64,000 nucleotides of DNA from the NCBI GenBank assembly GCA_039714975.1, contig JBDLIH010000006.1:9325-73324 (forward strand), written 5' to 3'. How positions within the stretch are numbered: the first letter of the stretch is position 1; each line of letters begins with the position of its first letter. A program made the position numbers and the translations under genes. Of this stretch, positions 61,495 to 64,000 are shown piece after piece. The notes beneath the pieces are model-generated. The model made no database searches and was not told where the DNA came from. It saw only the letters and a program-made list of their open reading frames with translations. This stretch comes from Pseudomonadota bacterium. GTDB lineage: Bacteria; Pseudomonadota; Gammaproteobacteria; UBA9214.

Positions 61495-63432
61495 ATGCCT
61501 GACACAAGGATTTACGATGTACCGGAAGCCTTCGCCCGGAATGCTCTACTCAATACAGAGCAATTCGAGGCCATGTATGAGCAGTCGGTTTCTGACCCCG
61601 CCGGTTTCTGGTCTGAACAGGCAGAGAAATTCCTCAACTGGGACAAACCCTGGGACAGGGTCCTCGACTGGGATTACAGCAAGGGACATATCCGCTGGTT
61701 TGAAGGTGGCCGGCTAAATGCCTGCTACAACTGTGTTGACCGGCACCTCGATACCCGTGGCGACCAGGTTGCCCTGATCTGGGAGGGAGATGATCCCGCC
61801 AATGACGACCACATCACCTACAGGGAACTGCACGAACGTGTATGCCGCCTGTCCAATGTACTCAAGTCCCGCAACGTCCGGAAAGGTGACCGGGTCTGTA
61901 TCTACATGCCGATGATCCCGGAAGCCGTCTATGCCATGCTGGCCTGTGCACGCATTGGTGCCGTGCACTCGGTGGTCTTTGGTGGCTTCTCGCCGGAGTC
62001 CATCAAGGACCGGATACTGGACTCGGACTGCCAGACCGTCATCACAAGCGACGAAGGATTACGCGGCGGCAAAACCATCAAAATGAAACACAATGTCGAC
62101 CAGGCGCTGCAATCCTGCCCGAATGTGCATACCGTAATCACAGTGTGCCATACCGGCGGTGATATCGACTGGCATGAAGGCCGTGATATCTGGTATCACG
62201 ATGCCGCCACCAGCGTTTCCAGTGACTGCCCCGTAGAAATAATGGATGCTGAAGATCCCCTGTTTATCCTCTATACCTCTGGTTCAACCGGCAAACCAAA
62301 AGGGGTACTGCACACCACGGGTGGCTATTTACTGTATGCCGCGATCACGCACAAATATGTATTCGATTATCACGATGGCGATATTTACTGGTGTACGGCA
62401 GATGTTGGCTGGATAACCGGTCATTCCTACATTGTTTACGGGCCATTATGCAACGGTGCCATCTCTCTGGTGTTCGAAGGCGTTCCGACCTACCCTGATG
62501 CTTCACGTTTCTGGCAAGTCTGTGACAAGCACAAGGTGAATACCTTTTATACGGCACCCACCGCCCTGCGGTCCCTGATGCGCATGGGTGATGAACCGGT
62601 TAAAAGTACTTCACGCAAGAGCCTGCGCCTGCTCGGCACAGTAGGCGAACCAATAAACCCGGAGGCATGGGAGTGGTATTACCATACCGTCGGCGACGCG
62701 CGTTGCCCGATTGTGGATACCTGGTGGCAGACCGAAACCGGCGGTCACATGATTACATCGGTACCCGGCGCAGTAAAAATGAAACCGGGCTCTGCCACAC
62801 GTCCCTTCTTTGGCATACAACCTGCCATCGTCGACACTGAAGGCAACATCCTCGAGGGTGCCGCTGAAGGCAGCCTTGTTATTACACATCCCTGGCCAGG
62901 TCAAATGCGCGGCGTCTACGGTGATCATCAGCGGTTTATCGATACCTACTTCAGCGCCTTCCCGAACAAATATTTCACAGGCGACGGTGCGCGCCGTGAT
63001 GAGGATGGCGACTACTGGATCACCGGTCGCGTTGATGATGTGCTGATCGTTTCCGGACACAACCTGGGAACGGCAGAAATTGAAAGCGCCCTGGTGTTGC
63101 ACGACACCGTAGCCGAGGCCGCTATCGTCGGTTACCCGCACGAAATCAAGGGTCAGGGCATCTATGCCTACGTCACACTGGTCAGCGACGTCGAACCCAG
63201 CGATGATCTGCGCAGCGAACTGATCAAGCACGTACGCAAGGAAATTGGTCCGATTGCCACACCGGACATCATCCAGTGGGCACCGGCTTTGCCGAAAACA
63301 CGCTCGGGCAAGATCATGCGCCGCATTCTGCGCAAGATTGCCGCCAACGAAGTGGACTCACTGGGTGACACCTCGACACTGGCAGACCCGGCAGTCGTTG
63401 ATGATCTGCTTGAGAACCGTGTAAGCCCCTGA
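61495..63432 (+). CDS. acs: Acetyl-CoA synthetase
   Basis: [40 protein letters not shown]. Confidence 0.97.
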   Translation: MPDTRIYDVPEAFARNALLNTEQFEAMYEQSVSDPAGFWSEQAEKFLNWDKPWDRVLDWDYSKGHIRWFEGGRLNACYNCVDRHLDTRGDQVALIWEGDDPANDDHITYRELHERVCRLSNVLKSRNVRKGDRVCIYMPMIPEAVYAMLACARIGAVHSVVFGGFSPESIKDRILDSDCQTVITSDEGLRGGKTIKMKHNVDQALQSCPNVHTVITVCHTGGDIDWHEGRDIWYHDAATSVSSDCPVEIMDAEDPLFILYTSGSTGKPKGVLHTTGGYLLYAAITHKYVFDYHDGDIYWCTADVGWITGHSYIVYGPLCNGAISLVFEGVPTYPDASRFWQVCDKHKVNTFYTAPTALRSLMRMGDEPVKSTSRKSLRLLGTVGEPINPEAWEWYYHTVGDARCPIVDTWWQTETGGHMITSVPGAVKMKPGSATRPFFGIQPAIVDTEGNILEGAAEGSLVITHPWPGQMRGVYGDHQRFIDTYFSAFPNKYFTGDGARRDEDGDYWITGRVDDVLIVSGHNLGTAEIESALVLHDTVAEAAIVGYPHEIKGQGIYAYVTLVSDVEPSDDLRSELIKHVRKEIGPIATPDIIQWAPALPKTRSGKIMRRILRKIAANEVDSLGDTSTLADPAVVDDLLENRVSP

Positions 63433-63455
63433 TCCCGACCCGGGATCCACAATCA

Positions 63456-64000
63456 ATGATCACCCGCAGTGCCTTTCGCCCCGCGTGGTGGTTGCCGGGC
63501 CCGCACCTGCAAACCATCTACCCTTCCCTGTTTCGCAAGCGCAAAGCGCCATCACTGACACGGGAACGTTTTGAGCTGGCAGACGGGGACTTTATCGATA
63601 TTGACTGGACCAGACAAACCAAGGGTTTAAGGGTGCTCATACTGCATGGCCTGGAGGGTTCGCTCGAGTCGCACTATACCGGCGGCCTGCTCTGTGCCCT
63701 TGAAAAGAGCGGATACACTGCAGGCCTTATGTACTTCCGTGGCAGAAGCGGTGAACCAAACCGCTTGCCGCGCAGTTATCACTCCGGTGATACCAGTGAC
63801 CTTGATGAAATCATACAACGCATTACGCAGCCGCACCGGGACATGGAGATTGCCGTCATTGGTTTTTCGCTGGGAGGCAACGTACTCCTCAAGTGGCTGG
63901 GCGAAAAAGGTCATGCCGCAAACATCAAGACTGCCATCGCCATTTCTGTTCCACTGGATCTCCACCACACAGCCCTGAATATTGACCGTGGGTTATCACG
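63456..64000 (+). CDS. YheT-family alpha/beta hydrolase (partial, runs off window end)
   Basis: MITRSAFRPAWWLPGPHLQTI, LHGLEGS, YHSG.T.D, GFSLGGN. Confidence 0.85.
   Translation, partial: MITRSAFRPAWWLPGPHLQTIYPSLFRKRKAPSLTRERFELADGDFIDIDWTRQTKGLRVLILHGLEGSLESHYTGGLLCALEKSGYTAGLMYFRGRSGEPNRLPRSYHSGDTSDLDEIIQRITQPHRDMEIAVIGFSLGGNVLLKWLGEKGHAANIKTAIAISVPLDLHHTALNIDRGLS

Overview
A mostly core-genome stretch of a Gammaproteobacterium; gene order and content suggest a Chromatiales/Thiogranum-like, possibly sulfur-oxidising autotroph (inference). The conserved blocks are: (minus) mtnA-gyrA-serC-serA-pheA-hisC-tyrA-aroA-cmk-rpsA-ihfB-lapB-pyrF-comEA-manC; (plus) ompA-mtaD-ubiG-gph-rmuC ... yciK; (minus) yciV-yciO-M50 protease-trpS-scpA-scpB-rluB-Nth-like-SoxW-like; (plus) yciB-yciI-bolA-PPIase; (minus) smc-zipA-ligA; then queF, an FGGY kinase, cysZ, an aminotransferase, a CbbY-like HAD, dksA, gluQ, acs and a YheT-like hydrolase. 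I saw no rRNA, tRNA, CRISPR array or transposase. The notable part is a ~9 kb block (22.3-31.4 kb) between rmuC and yciK. It encodes a CHASE2 class III nucleotide cyclase with non-ATP-type specificity residues (Asp/Arg instead of Lys/Thr), a FecR-TPR-beta-barrel outer-membrane receptor, a small Cys-tailed orphan protein, a CRP/FNR regulator, an Asp-less FixJ/LuxR-type regulator and two paralogous HMA-like small proteins. It also holds unannotated RNAs: a CsrB/RsmY-like GGA-hairpin sRNA, a GGA-hairpin leader and an antisense-strand sRNA candidate. Four promoters in this block share the same architecture: TGTGA-N5-TCACA-like box, 7 nt, second box, 21-22 nt, -10 hexamer. This suggests one regulon coupling trans-envelope cyclic-nucleotide signalling to CsrA titration. 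All calls were made by eye, without database searches.
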